Below the pieces are notes generated by a model. That model saw only the letters and a list, made by a program, of their open reading frames with translations. It searched no databases and had not been told where the DNA came from. This document shows, piece by piece, positions 13,001-25,000 of a stretch of DNA of 64,000 bases (position 1 is the first letter of the stretch; each line of letters opens with the position of its first letter). The DNA is from Iphione sp. A-MEVVRFRX5 (Eukaryota): assembly GCA_976226885.1 (NCBI GenBank), contig OZ320314.1, positions 56,730,001 through 56,794,000 on the forward strand, in the 5' to 3' direction. The translations under genes were made by a program, and so were the position numbers.

Positions 13001-16000
13001 GATGTGTGCCATAGTACCAAATCATTAGGTCATAATATGGCCCATAGCTTTAATGTGCTGATCGATCAGGATAATGAAGGTGAGGAAGCCAATGATGATT
13101 CAGTTTCTCACTTTCAGAGGCATTGTGGGAGCTGGATCCTGGCTTGCTTGCAGTCCTGATAGAATGTATGCACGTTGACAATAAGGTCGGGTCACCTCTG
13201 GATTGGGACCATATGTCTGCACTCATGTCGTGTAGGGCTATTTAATTGATTACTCCCCATGTGAAAGAAGTCCAGCGGGCAAAGGATGCACAGCAGGCTG
13301 TGATGGACTCCCTGATGTTTATTGGCTGCATTTTTCAGGGACTCATTAAGACCTAGAGGGAAGACATAAAGCCAATTCTTCTTCCTTTTTTCAAGAGACT
13401 AGTGTTGGATGACTGTCTGCCTTGTCCTTGGTTCTTGTTTACTAATAAACTTCTTTCTGTCATCAAAGAGGTGAAAGATAACTCCTTTTATCCTTTTAAG
13501 TCAGCTAGAGAAAACGGCGGGTCAACCACCTCAGACCTTAAAAAAAAAACTGTTTGCATGGGAGGTGCTAGAGGTAGAGAAGCTACAGGCAGAGGTGGTT
13601 TGTTCCATGCTTACTGTAGGTTCCAATTCCACAGTTATCAGTACCAGCCTAGGCCCCAGTATTATCAGCAGCAACTGCCTGTTCAGTTTCAACCAGTGCA
13701 GCAGCCCCAGAAGGTGCAACAGCAGCAATAGTGTCCAATCAGGAAATATTTTTCCTCATTGGAAACTTAGCCTCCTTTGTTTTTGCCCTGTTAGGCAGTG
13801 AAGCCAAGGCTTATCCCATTTGGGAAGGCCGAGTCAAAATTTGTACAGGATAAGTTATCCAACTTCCTCAGAGTCAGATCTATTTTGGTTCTGGATCTGG
13901 TTCCACTTGATGCCTTTCTGTTCAATATCTTCCTGAGGCCTAAACCAAATGGTTCCTTGAGGATGTTATTGGACTTGTCTAAATTAAACAAGGTTGTCAA
14001 GTACAAACGTTTTAAAATGGAGAATCGAAACTGTGCTGCCTCTCATGTCAGAGGGTTGTTTTATGGCATCACTATATCTTTAGAATGCATATCACACTAT
14101 ACCAATGTGGTCCATGCATAAGAGGTATTTGGCATTTGTCTGGCAGGGCAAGGTGTATCAATATGATGTGTTGCCATTTGGTTTATCATCTGCTCCTAGG
14201 ATTTTTATAAAGATCAAGGCTCTGCCTTTGGCTCGCCTTGGGGAAGAGAGAGTGGTGTGGATTCTTACTTTGACAGTACCATTATCATTAGCAGTGTCTT
14301 GTTTGTCTCTAAGACTGTGGAGTTGTTGCAGTCTATAAATTTTTTCACTAACCTTGAGAAATCTTCCCTAGAGCCAGCCCAGTCCATTGTCTTTTGAGGT
14401 TACAACATTAATTCTGTTGATATGGTGGTTACACCTACTTAATCTAGGGTGGCTAAGGTCACTGCTCATATTGAGTCTGTCTTCGGTCAAGAGGTTAATA
14501 TTATTCATAGTGTGCCCTCAAATTTGGGAAAGGTTGTTGACCTGACCAAGACATCCATGTATGGTAAGCACCACTTCAGCACTTTAAAAGCCTGTAAGAT
14601 GTGGTCTCTTCATCAGACAGGACAGGTTAAATATGAGGAGCATATGACCTTGTCACATGCTGTTAAGCAGAATTTAAGGTAGTGGGTTATGAGTCTGCCT
14701 ATGTTGCTAAGCCTTTTAGATGTTCAGGAGTTCAGTCATGTGTTGTATGCTGACGCTTCTGAATTTGGTTGTAGTCTGTAGTTTATTGGTTTTACTTCTG
14801 GTAGTAAATGGAAACCACATGAGAGTGTGTTGCACATCAATGTGCTAGAAGTTAAGGTGGTATTATTAGCTTTAAGGAGTTTGTTTGCTGATATGATGGA
14901 TTTCACATCAAGTTAATATGTGATAATACTACTGCCATTTGTTATGTAAATAAGATGGAAGCTGCTAAGTGCCCAGTGGCCAATTTTGTGGCCTATAAGA
15001 TTTTGTTGTCTTTGGAGGAAAGGCATGCTTTTTCATGGCTTTCCATATTCTGGACATTTTGAATATGCAAGCACATTATGCCTCTAGACATTTTCAAGAT
15101 AATTTGGAGTGGTACATTAGCCCATCCATCCTTCAGGTAGTGGTGAGTTCTTTAGGAACTCCTGATATTAATTTGTTTGCCTCTGGGTTGAACCACATGG
15201 TGCCTATGTATGCAAGTTGGCCCTCTGATCTGGGAGCTTCATTTGTAGATGCTTTTTCCCAGGATTGGTAAAGTTTTCAAATGTCCTACGTCTGCCCTCC
15301 TTTATCTTTGCTCCCTAGGTGCATTGCCAAAGTGGTGCAGAACTGTCCAAGGTCATCTTGAAAACCAGTCAAAGTTGGAGGCTATAAAAACTATGGCCTT
15401 TCTTTGTTGAATGTTATCCTTAACGGGAAGGACTTGTCTGCTTTTTTGACAGCTATGATGTTGTGCTCTTGGAGGTCTAAGCCCAGTCTATGACACATAC
15501 TTGAAGAGGTAGAATACCTTGTCTTTTGAGAAGGATTGGGATCTGTTGAATTCTACTCTCAAACAGGCTATGCAATACCTTATGACTTTGTTCAACAGAG
15601 GAATCAGGTATAGTGCCTTGAACACTGTAAGGAGTGCCTTGTCAGCAGTCCTTTCTTTATTTGGAGGCATTGATTTGGGAAGCACCCAGACATGGTCAGG
15701 CTGCTTACTGGCTTCCTTAATGTTACTGTTGCTTTAGAGGATAAATACGTTGGATGTGTCTAAGATTCTCAACTATCTGAAGCTTTGGGGAACTTTGTCA
15801 TCCTTATCTCTGAAGAAATTTACTCTTAAGTGTAACATATTTCTGCTTTTGGTTACCAGTGGTAGGATGTCGATTATCTGCAAAATCCAATTGACACATC
15901 GCTGTACTGTCACATAGCCATGCCCACCCATCACAACATGACAGTCATACATTCACTACAGCCACATACAATGTTCAAACTTCTAGTCATAGTATCAGTG

Positions 16001-19000
16001 TACTTCACTTTCTCATATACTTTGAAAACAAATATAGGTGCCTCACCATGTTCTCAATGGATATAATGTCTATACATTTACATAATCATGAGTCACATGA
16101 CAAAATAGCCTAACGTCATTGGCTATGAAAAAGTTTGATTGACAGATATCATGACCATAAAACATGTCATCTTGTCACGCAGTGATGTGTCAATTGTCCA
16201 ATATTTATGAGTTTGAGGATGGTAATCTGCATATTTTCTTCACTGAGACCCATAAGCAGTCTAGGAAGGGTAGGTGTACTTCCAAGCTTAAGTTGCTGCC
16301 TTTTGCAGTGCCACCAAGTGTTTGTGTTGTCAGATGTTTCATGGAGTACAGGAGAAACTCGCTTTGCGACCACCACTTGGGTCGGCCCAAAATGGTCGTA
16401 ATTCTGAATATGGTCGCAAAGTGATTGTGGAGGGGGTCTGGGCTTGAAATCATATCCCTTTCTCTCTCTCTCTTTATTAACATATGAAACATCCAAAAAG
16501 TGCTGAATTTGATGACTTTAGGTCCAAAAAGTGCTGAATTTGATGACTAAAAGTCCAAAAAGTGCTGAATTTGATGACTTTAAGTCCAAAAAGTGCTGAA
16601 TTTGATGACTAAAAGTGACCCAAAGAGGTGAGAGACCATCAGAGACGTCCTCCCTGACACCCTGCGACCACTCCAGGCTGACCCTCCAGGGTGAGAGACC
16701 ATCAAAGACGTCGCCCTGACACCCTGCGACCACTCCAGGCTGACCCTCCAGGGTGAGAGACCATCAAAGACGTCACAGTTCACGCCCGCGACCACTCCTG
16801 CTACCCCCTCCAAGGTGTGGGAACCACGGTCGCCCACCCCCGGCCAACCCCCTCCAGGGTGAGAGACCATCACCCCGGTCGCAAAGTGATAGTAAAATAT
16901 ACAGAAAACGACCCAAAGATGAGTGGTCGGACGCTGAATATGGTCGGAAAGCAATATGGTCGCAAAGTAAGACACTGTCATATAGAGAATGTACTAAAAA
17001 TAATTCCGTTCCGACCCAAAATGGTCGCAATAGTTGATTTGGTCACAAAGTGAGGAGGTCGCAAAGCGAGTTTCTCCTGTACTTTACTAGGACATCATCT
17101 TCCATAGCCAAGTAAAGGGATGACACTTTGTTTATCTCTTTTACTGATTGTCATAAGTGTGTATCCACTTCAAACTTGGCTAGGTGGACTAAGGAGGTAA
17201 TGGCGTTGTCTGATATTCTTTCTCTAAGCTGGCAAAGATGGATATGTGGCTGCTGGAGAGTATGAAGAGGGGCATGTGGAGTCATGTAAATACTTTCAAG
17301 CTTTTCTACTTGAAAGAGAATTCAGGTTGATGATCAGCAATAGGCTGTTCACTCAACCTATGAAATTTTAAGCTTTTAAGTCTCAGGCAGACACCTGGTG
17401 TCCACTTCTCGTACTAAAGTTAGTAGAATACATGACCTTGCAAGTGAAATATTGTCATGACTTTGTACCAGGGTGTGGACATAAGTGTCTAGCTGCTGTC
17501 CTCTTTTTCCCTTTGGATACTTAGTGTTCCTTCATCCTCAGGTTTTTCATACACCCTATTTCAGGGTTTTTGACTTTGAAAAGTGAGGTGTGGGGGGGGG
17601 GGGGGTCTGACCACAGTAGCACCACCTGTACTATTCTCAGCTAATACTGGTACAAAGTCAAGGTCACACTTCACTGTAAGTTTGTGGAACCCACTAATTT
17701 TCAATTTGAATACTATAGGACAGTATAAAGGAGTAGCTGGTTTATATATTTGTTTATTGATATGACGAGGCTGAAAACTTAAACAATTAGCTAAATGCTA
17801 CTTGATCAGTGAAGCAAGTGCTTCCAAGAACTGTTGAATAATGTTCTCCCCAATGATGTCAGAATGGTTTTGTACCCTTGGTAATTTTAAACATCCTTAT
17901 ATGGATAAGTTTCCAGTTTATTCATATTTGTCAAAATGTGTAAATTTTGATTTTGTGTTTTTTACAGGTGGATGACTTGAGTGTCAGCGCCGTTTTGCAA
18001 TGATTTACCTATATATGTGCTTGGGTAGATGAAGTGGGGGAAGGATTTCTTGGTAAATCAACAATTTTTGGATAAGGCAAGAGGGAAAGTTTATATTAAT
18101 TTTCTAATCATTCCAGCCAAATGGGCCCAGTGATGAGGAAGACGAGGAGGAGGGAGAAGGTGAAGCAGAGGAAGAGGACACCACCGTATACCAGTATGTA
18201 CCTCCAGTCTCCAAACCATGGATATCACAAGGCTCTGAGGTGGAAATAGAGGAGGAATCAATCCTTGAGCGGAGAAAACGGGTGAGAGAAAAATGCCCTT
18301 GTTTGTGGCCTGCTAAAATCATTAGATTGCGTAGAGAAAATATGTTTTAGAAATAGACATACTGTGTCTTTAGCTTCGCGTCCTTTTTTAAAATATGTGC
18401 TTCCAAAAGGTCAGAAGAAATAATTCAGTTGAAGAGGGTGCCACCGCATTTCAGTAGGATTGAGAATGAAGCTAAAATACTTCTTCAATTTCGTACAACA
18501 ATGTGCCTATCACAGTATCGTTACGATGCTTTTAGTACATGTATAGGATTATGTAGATGTCTGTTTCGAGAGCAATCACCAGAATCAAAAACATTTATTG
18601 CCATCATACATTTTTTGTTGTTCTTTCATCTGCGAATGCTCTTAAAATGAAAACTTACAGGAAAAATGGGTGAGTTGTTGATGTCAAAAGCTGATGAGCA
18701 CAGATGCGCTGAGTGATATATACTGAATATAAAACAACGAGTATCAGTCTATGCTTTTGACTATATCAGTCGTATGGCATGCAGACTAGTGTTCTCGTCA
18801 TTCCATATAGTAGCAGAGCATATATCATTGCAGTTGCAGACAGTTTTCAGTTTGCCTAACCTCATGGATTTGGCAAATACACCGCAGTGTGTCTACGTTT
18901 TCACTTTTGTTCACACGTGCAACAAATTTATAGAAGAAAATTATTCCCAATATTTATCTAAAAGACTTTACATATATACATACCAATGATGTATTTCACA

Positions 19001-22000
19001 AATCTTTGTGTTTTCAATAAACAATAGGCAAATTTTGATTTTGAACGTGCACACACAGACATCAAAAGCATTTTGACCAATTGACCAGCAACCACAAGGG
19101 CGCTGATTTTTTCTATATGTGTGTACTTTTTACGTGTAAACTGCTGTTTTTGTTTATGGCTTAAATCTGTCATCACAGATGTTCCCAGTAATCATGGTGT
19201 AAAAGGATTAAAATGTTTTGGTTAAGTTCTAAACAAAAAATATACATGTATTCATTGCATTGAAACTTTTCTTTCAGGAATCCACAAATATACACACAAC
19301 ATATAGCTATGTTGAAATGCAATGATATACATTTATTCAGTTACATGAAATTTTAAATGATTTTATCACAACAGGAATACTTTTGGTCATTGTCGCATGA
19401 AGGGTGAATAGAGTATAGCAAAAACAGTAGATTTCACACAAATATGTATCCCGAGTAAATTCGCAGAGTGCACATTTTCATAAAAAAAAAACACGCCCAA
19501 AATGATAGTCCTACTGTATGTTTTAACGTCAGACTAGTACATCATACTCTGCAAATCAGCTACAATATGCTAGCTGCTTTGTTTACATGTCTATGATAAA
19601 TTTTGCATTTATTTGATAAACTCCAAAGTACCATTAGAATAGTCTTATTTTTACACGATCCTTACAATGTATTTATTGTGTATATCTTTACATTTATTGT
19701 TATGTACATGTATATTAATCCATCCTCCTCTTTTGAATTATTTGATGGACATTTAATATAGACTTTTTTCATTTTTTTTTCATTTCATTGTATCTTTAAC
19801 CAGGAACTAGATATTCTCTATCACATTCTTAAAGCCGTTACGAAGAAAACCTATTTTCTTCTGATTTAGATCAAGATGACCGTGAGGAGAGTCCGGAGGT
19901 CATTCGGTGCACCAGTCAATTTTTCTGACCGCAACGTCAACGATTGCAAGGATGGTTTGATTGACTGTGCCTCATATGATGACAAAAGCTTTGAATTGAA
20001 GAAGCTTGAACTGCATAAGGCGACCCAGGTAAGGCTTTATACATGTATTTGGAATAAATTTGTTTGATTGGATAGAAACAGGTATACAGCTGCAGAAGCA
20101 ATCATTAATGTAACACGTATTGTTTAATGCCTGGTGCAGAATGCATGGGTGTGTGATCCAATATAGTTCAATCTAACAGGATGGAATGTGTGGAAGACAA
20201 ATACAGTCATCCCTCACTAACAAACAACCCGATAACCGATAAAACTTGTAAATGTACATGTATATCCGACAATAAATGTATGGTCAGTCTCTCTATTTCT
20301 TTAATATAGTAGACTTGATAACCGGCAAATTCCATATAACTGACAAAATTAAGAGGAACCAAAGATGTTGGTTATGAAGGGACCACTGTATTGCAGTGGT
20401 ATATTTTCTTTCTTGTCCTGTTTAATATGGCGGACCTTCATGAAAGGCACTCTTTTTGTTGATCAGTTGTAGCGACCATGAAAGAAATGAGTAATAAATG
20501 TTGTCAAATGTTTCTTTTCAAAGACATTTTTAAATTTATTTCATTTTCAAATAATATCTTTGCTCATATCTCATAACCATGGTTCGGTACGTGTTTCAGA
20601 ACTCGCCCTGTAGCTACCCTTCCTAAAATTTCGTTTTACCTTTTTCTCCCTACTGCTTCCAGAAAGCACCTGACGCGATAATCCAAAAACAGCCATTCTC
20701 ATTCAGCCCCTAGGGTAACCAAGACCCCCCAAAGTCCTGTTGTATGGCTTTTCCTATGACCAGTTTGCCATCCTAATGGGCGCTTCCCATTGCCTTTTGC
20801 TCTGCAAGTGCAATAATTTCCTGGATATTGTAAAACGTGTGGGAGTGTTTTTGTAGGTCAGTGTCCATTGCGTAAAATAGGTGCTGTCGGCCCCATGTAC
20901 TGTACTGATAGACCGCCAACTTCTAATATCTTAAAAGACTTAAAAGTGATCCATCCATGGCAGGCAATCCCTAGCTTCCGAGACATGGCATCGCAGACAG
21001 ACTGGCGCTACCCACGCAATGCATGCACGCAGTACTACCCACGGGAGTACGTGGATGAAGAGAAGGAGAATATACTCAAGGAAAATGCATTAGTTAATTT
21101 CGTCGACTCCTCTCTACCGCGGTACGGATTTTAAAACCACTCTAACTTTCTAAGCCTAGTGATTACAAGCACGTTTTTGCAGTCTCGGATACAACAGTTT
21201 TCCCGAAGTTATCGTTAACCCTATATGGCCAGCTGCACTGTTTCAGAGTGGAAAACAAAGGGCGGGATGTACAGTTACTTTGTGGATCGTCTGCAAGTGT
21301 CCCATCAGAATATTCTAAAGGGATCTGAGGAGTGAAATATAAGTAGTAACTAGTGTTTTGGAATATCATTTTGATGGACAGAGAGTAGGGAGTTAGAATG
21401 TGTACTGATATTATGAATATGTTTTGTCTAAAAAAGTACAAGCATGTCATAATTACGGGAATGTATTATCGGGGATACAGCCTGGCTCTTCACAGGTGTA
21501 TCCCAGTGGATACAACTTGGAATACCTTCTGTATCCCCAGGATGTATATCATCCTGATTTGGTATCGACAAGATATGAATACAACATTTTTGGTATTGGT
21601 TCTTATTGTTTCGCTCACCACATTCAGAACCCAATGTACATGTGATTACAAATGCAAATTTCTGTTCAGGTACTGATAACATGCTCTTATTTCACCAAGG
21701 TTTGAGTTAGCAATGCAGCAGAATGAGATTATGAACGTCTTCTATGATGACTGGATGGCGCTGGCGGATGAGGATAGCAGTTTTGGTAGCAAAGCTGACA
21801 ACCATTTGAAGGAGTACCAATCCTTCACAGACCTACAGTTCTCTAAGGACAAGTCTATAACATGCATTGAGTGGCACCCGAACATCAGAGGTAGGGTCAC
21901 CATTGAAAGCCTCTACTGTGGTTTGAAGTCTCCAGTGCAAATCATAGATATTTAATCGGAGATGTATAATGACCGTAACTGTAGATCATAAATAACCTTA

Positions 22001-25000
22001 AAAAAACAGTTGTAATTTGGAGCAGTTACCAACAACGACTTCTAAGTCTGTAACTTTAGTTTTGCTGTTGTACAGTAGGTGTCTACCTGAGATACATCTG
22101 CAGGTGGCACCACAAATAGACAGCCCATTGAGTATCAACTTTTGCTCAGCAGTCTTCACGACCAGATGCATTAAGTGTTTCTTCTACTACCTTGCTGATC
22201 AGATATAGATACCTTTCAGTTGTTTTGATTGTTTCATTTTATTTATTCTTGACATCCTTTAAGGTTATATATCTGACTTTTTGAGATGTCCCGATAGAGC
22301 CTCACAGTGCTTGTTGAGAGTATGGGGGTAGGAAGCTCTTTTACTGTCCCAAAGCATTAGAAATCCTCCACCAGCAGGAGAAGCATATCTAACAAGGCTA
22401 GAAAGTCAGAAACTTCAAATGACGTTGGAGATTCCAAGTGTTTGTCTGACTGTATGAATGGCAAGAGTGTATGCATCAATGTACAGTGGAGTCTCTATTA
22501 CCGACCACTACTTGGGACCAAGCTCAAGTGGTTGTATTGGTAAATTTGGTCGTAAATAGATCACAATTACTATAGAAAATTTGGTTTTTTGTCCCATCTC
22601 AGTTGGTCTCAAATAGAGAATGGTCGGTAATCGATGTGGTCGGTAATAGAGACTCCACTGTACTGACTGTCGGCTGCCAGCATTGCTCATTATCTTAAGT
22701 ATTTCTGTTGGTTTGCTTTGTCCTGCCTGTGACCAGTTTGGTGAACTTGAATATAGTAACCAATGTGTCGATCACTGGTACTACATGATGAGGAAAATCA
22801 TGAATTTTAGTACCAGGGCAGGACACAATGTGTCTACATGAGATGCAGTTTCGGTGGGGCCACCACAGTCAGCCATCTTGAATCTCACTTTCGGTTCAGC
22901 AGTCACTCTGTTCAGACCTGTGATTCTCACCTGAGTTTAAATCTCCTTTATTATCTTATTTTCCTATACTATCTCTTTACTATCTCATTGGATTACTGGT
23001 TACTAAGAGATTTACTCTTAGATCTTCATCATAGCAAGTGTAGCACTGATCGGAGCTTGAGGTCAGAGGGTGCCAAGAGGTCGCACACTGCTTCTGACCT
23101 CATGACCTCCTCCATGAGTGCCTCTAGCCACTTGCTGCAATTAATGGATCACTGAAAGTTAAAGTAATGGGTACCGCGGACATCACTTTTACTAATTATG
23201 ATGTTATAATGAGAATCGACCAATCAAATCACTGAAAATTTGGACCATGTCACAATTTAGTAAAGTGATGCCCACGGTACCTGTTACTTCAATGTTCAGT
23301 GATCTGCTAATGTGCTAGGGGCTCTGAACTCGGAGCCAGGGTAATTGTTTCAATTTCCTTGGTAGCAAGTTTAGAGGGCCCCAAGCAACAAGTGTCACAC
23401 GCGACCTAGGTAGCAGGATCAGAGGGCATGGGGGTCAATATTCAACCTTCTTCTGATGCTTAACCAGTCAAGTGTGACCTTGCTACTGGGGTCAAAGAGC
23501 ACCGGGGTCTGTGTTTGACCTCTTCTGGTGCCAAGCAACGGTCCTTGAGTGTGACCTTGCTACCAGGGTCAGAGGGTGCTGGTATTGATATTCAGCCTCC
23601 TAACATTGACCTTAGTAGATATGTATCGACTATGCAGGGTGGCATGGCACCTGTTGGTGCACTAACATCATTCTCAGCCAGCTTGCTGGATCCAATGCAT
23701 ACACATTCAGTTGTTGGTTCAGCCTATATTCCTGCCTCTGATCCCCTACTTTCATTCGGGATGACTTAGGTCAGTTCAGTTGGTTTGATGCATTCACCTG
23801 CTGCTATGACTTTGACCTCCAGGACCCTGTGGTTTCATCACAAGATTTGGCTGTTTTAAGAAGAGAGGCAGGCTTTGGTTACAGCCTTCCATGATCCAGG
23901 TGTGTTGAATGTGGAGGTGGATTATGCATTTTGCTGCTTCCAAGATAACTCGGAGTAGGCAGTTAATCCTTCCATCCTTCAGGCAGTGGTGGATGCATGG
24001 GGATCTCCAGGTGTAGACCTTTTTGCCTCGAGGCTTAATTTCAAGGTGTTGGTGTATGGGAGTTTGCATCCTGTTACAGGGGCATGGTTTTTGGATGCTT
24101 TTTCTCACAATTGATCTGATTTTCACCTGTCTTATATATGCCTTCCTTTTTCTTTGATTCCTAGGTGCATTACGAAGTTGGTTCAGGATTGGCCTTGGTC
24201 TGCTCTGCTTCTCGTACTAGCCTGGCCTCATAGCATATGGTACAGCAGGTTGCTGCAGTTTGCTCGGTATCCTTCTCTTGTATTTTGCCAGATTCAACAC
24301 TCTGGACCATCTCAGTCAGCCATCAAATCTAGGGCCTATAAAAATTATGGCCCTTTTTTGTTAGATGCAGTTCTTAAGGGGAATGATTTGACTGCCACCA
24401 CTCAAGCAGTAATATTATGCTAGTGGTATCCTAAGACCAGATAGGTCTATGATACTTACCTTAAAAAGTGGAATACCTTGTGCTATAAAAAGGATTGAGA
24501 TCCTTTACATCATACCCTTAAGCAGGCTATGCATTTTCTAATGGTGTTGTATAATAGAGGCATCAGGTATAGTGCCTTGAACATGGTAAGGAGTGTGTCA
24601 TTGGCAGTACTCCCAATGTTTGATGGATTTGCCTTTGGTAAGCACCCAGACGTAGTCAGGTTGCTTACTGCATTTTTCAATATAAGGCCTCTGGTTGCTT
24701 GTATCGACTATACCTGGGATCTCTCTAAGGCTCTTGATTTTTTGCGACTTTGAGAACTTTTGTCATCTTTGTCACTTAAGAAGTTAACTCTTAAGTATAA
24801 TATGCTTTTGTTGCTTGCCACTAATGGTAGGATGCAAACGGATTGCAATATTCAATTGTCTTACATTCATCAGATTGGTGATGGTAATTTGCAGATTGTT
24901 TTCACCAAAACCTTGAAGCAATCAAGGAAGGGCAGGCGTGCTTCTAAGTTGAAGCTTTTGCCTTTCACTGCTAAGCTGGAAGTCTGTATGGTTAGGTGTC

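Larger units (their letters stand above)
11635..17701 (+). mobile_element. DIRS1-like tyrosine-recombinase retrotransposon A, near full length but decayed (DNAI3 intron 3)
   Basis: Left ITR (CTGAGAATAGTACAGGTGGTGC, ~11663) is inverted at ~17618-17640. The ICR at ~17390-17500 is complementary to both termini. Remnants appear in order: gag-like; RT (LRMLLDLSKLN, YQYDVLPFGLSSAPRIF); RNase H (YADAS, HINVLEV, DNTTAICYVN); methyltransferase-like (PDINLFASGLN...DAFSQDW); YR (YSALNTVRSALS). Many stops and frameshifts. Confidence 0.9.

Noticed and set aside
16490-16870. Short direct-repeat arrays as a possible CRISPR
   Set aside because: The units are head-to-tail with no unique spacers, there are no cas genes, and they lie inside a eukaryotic MITE.
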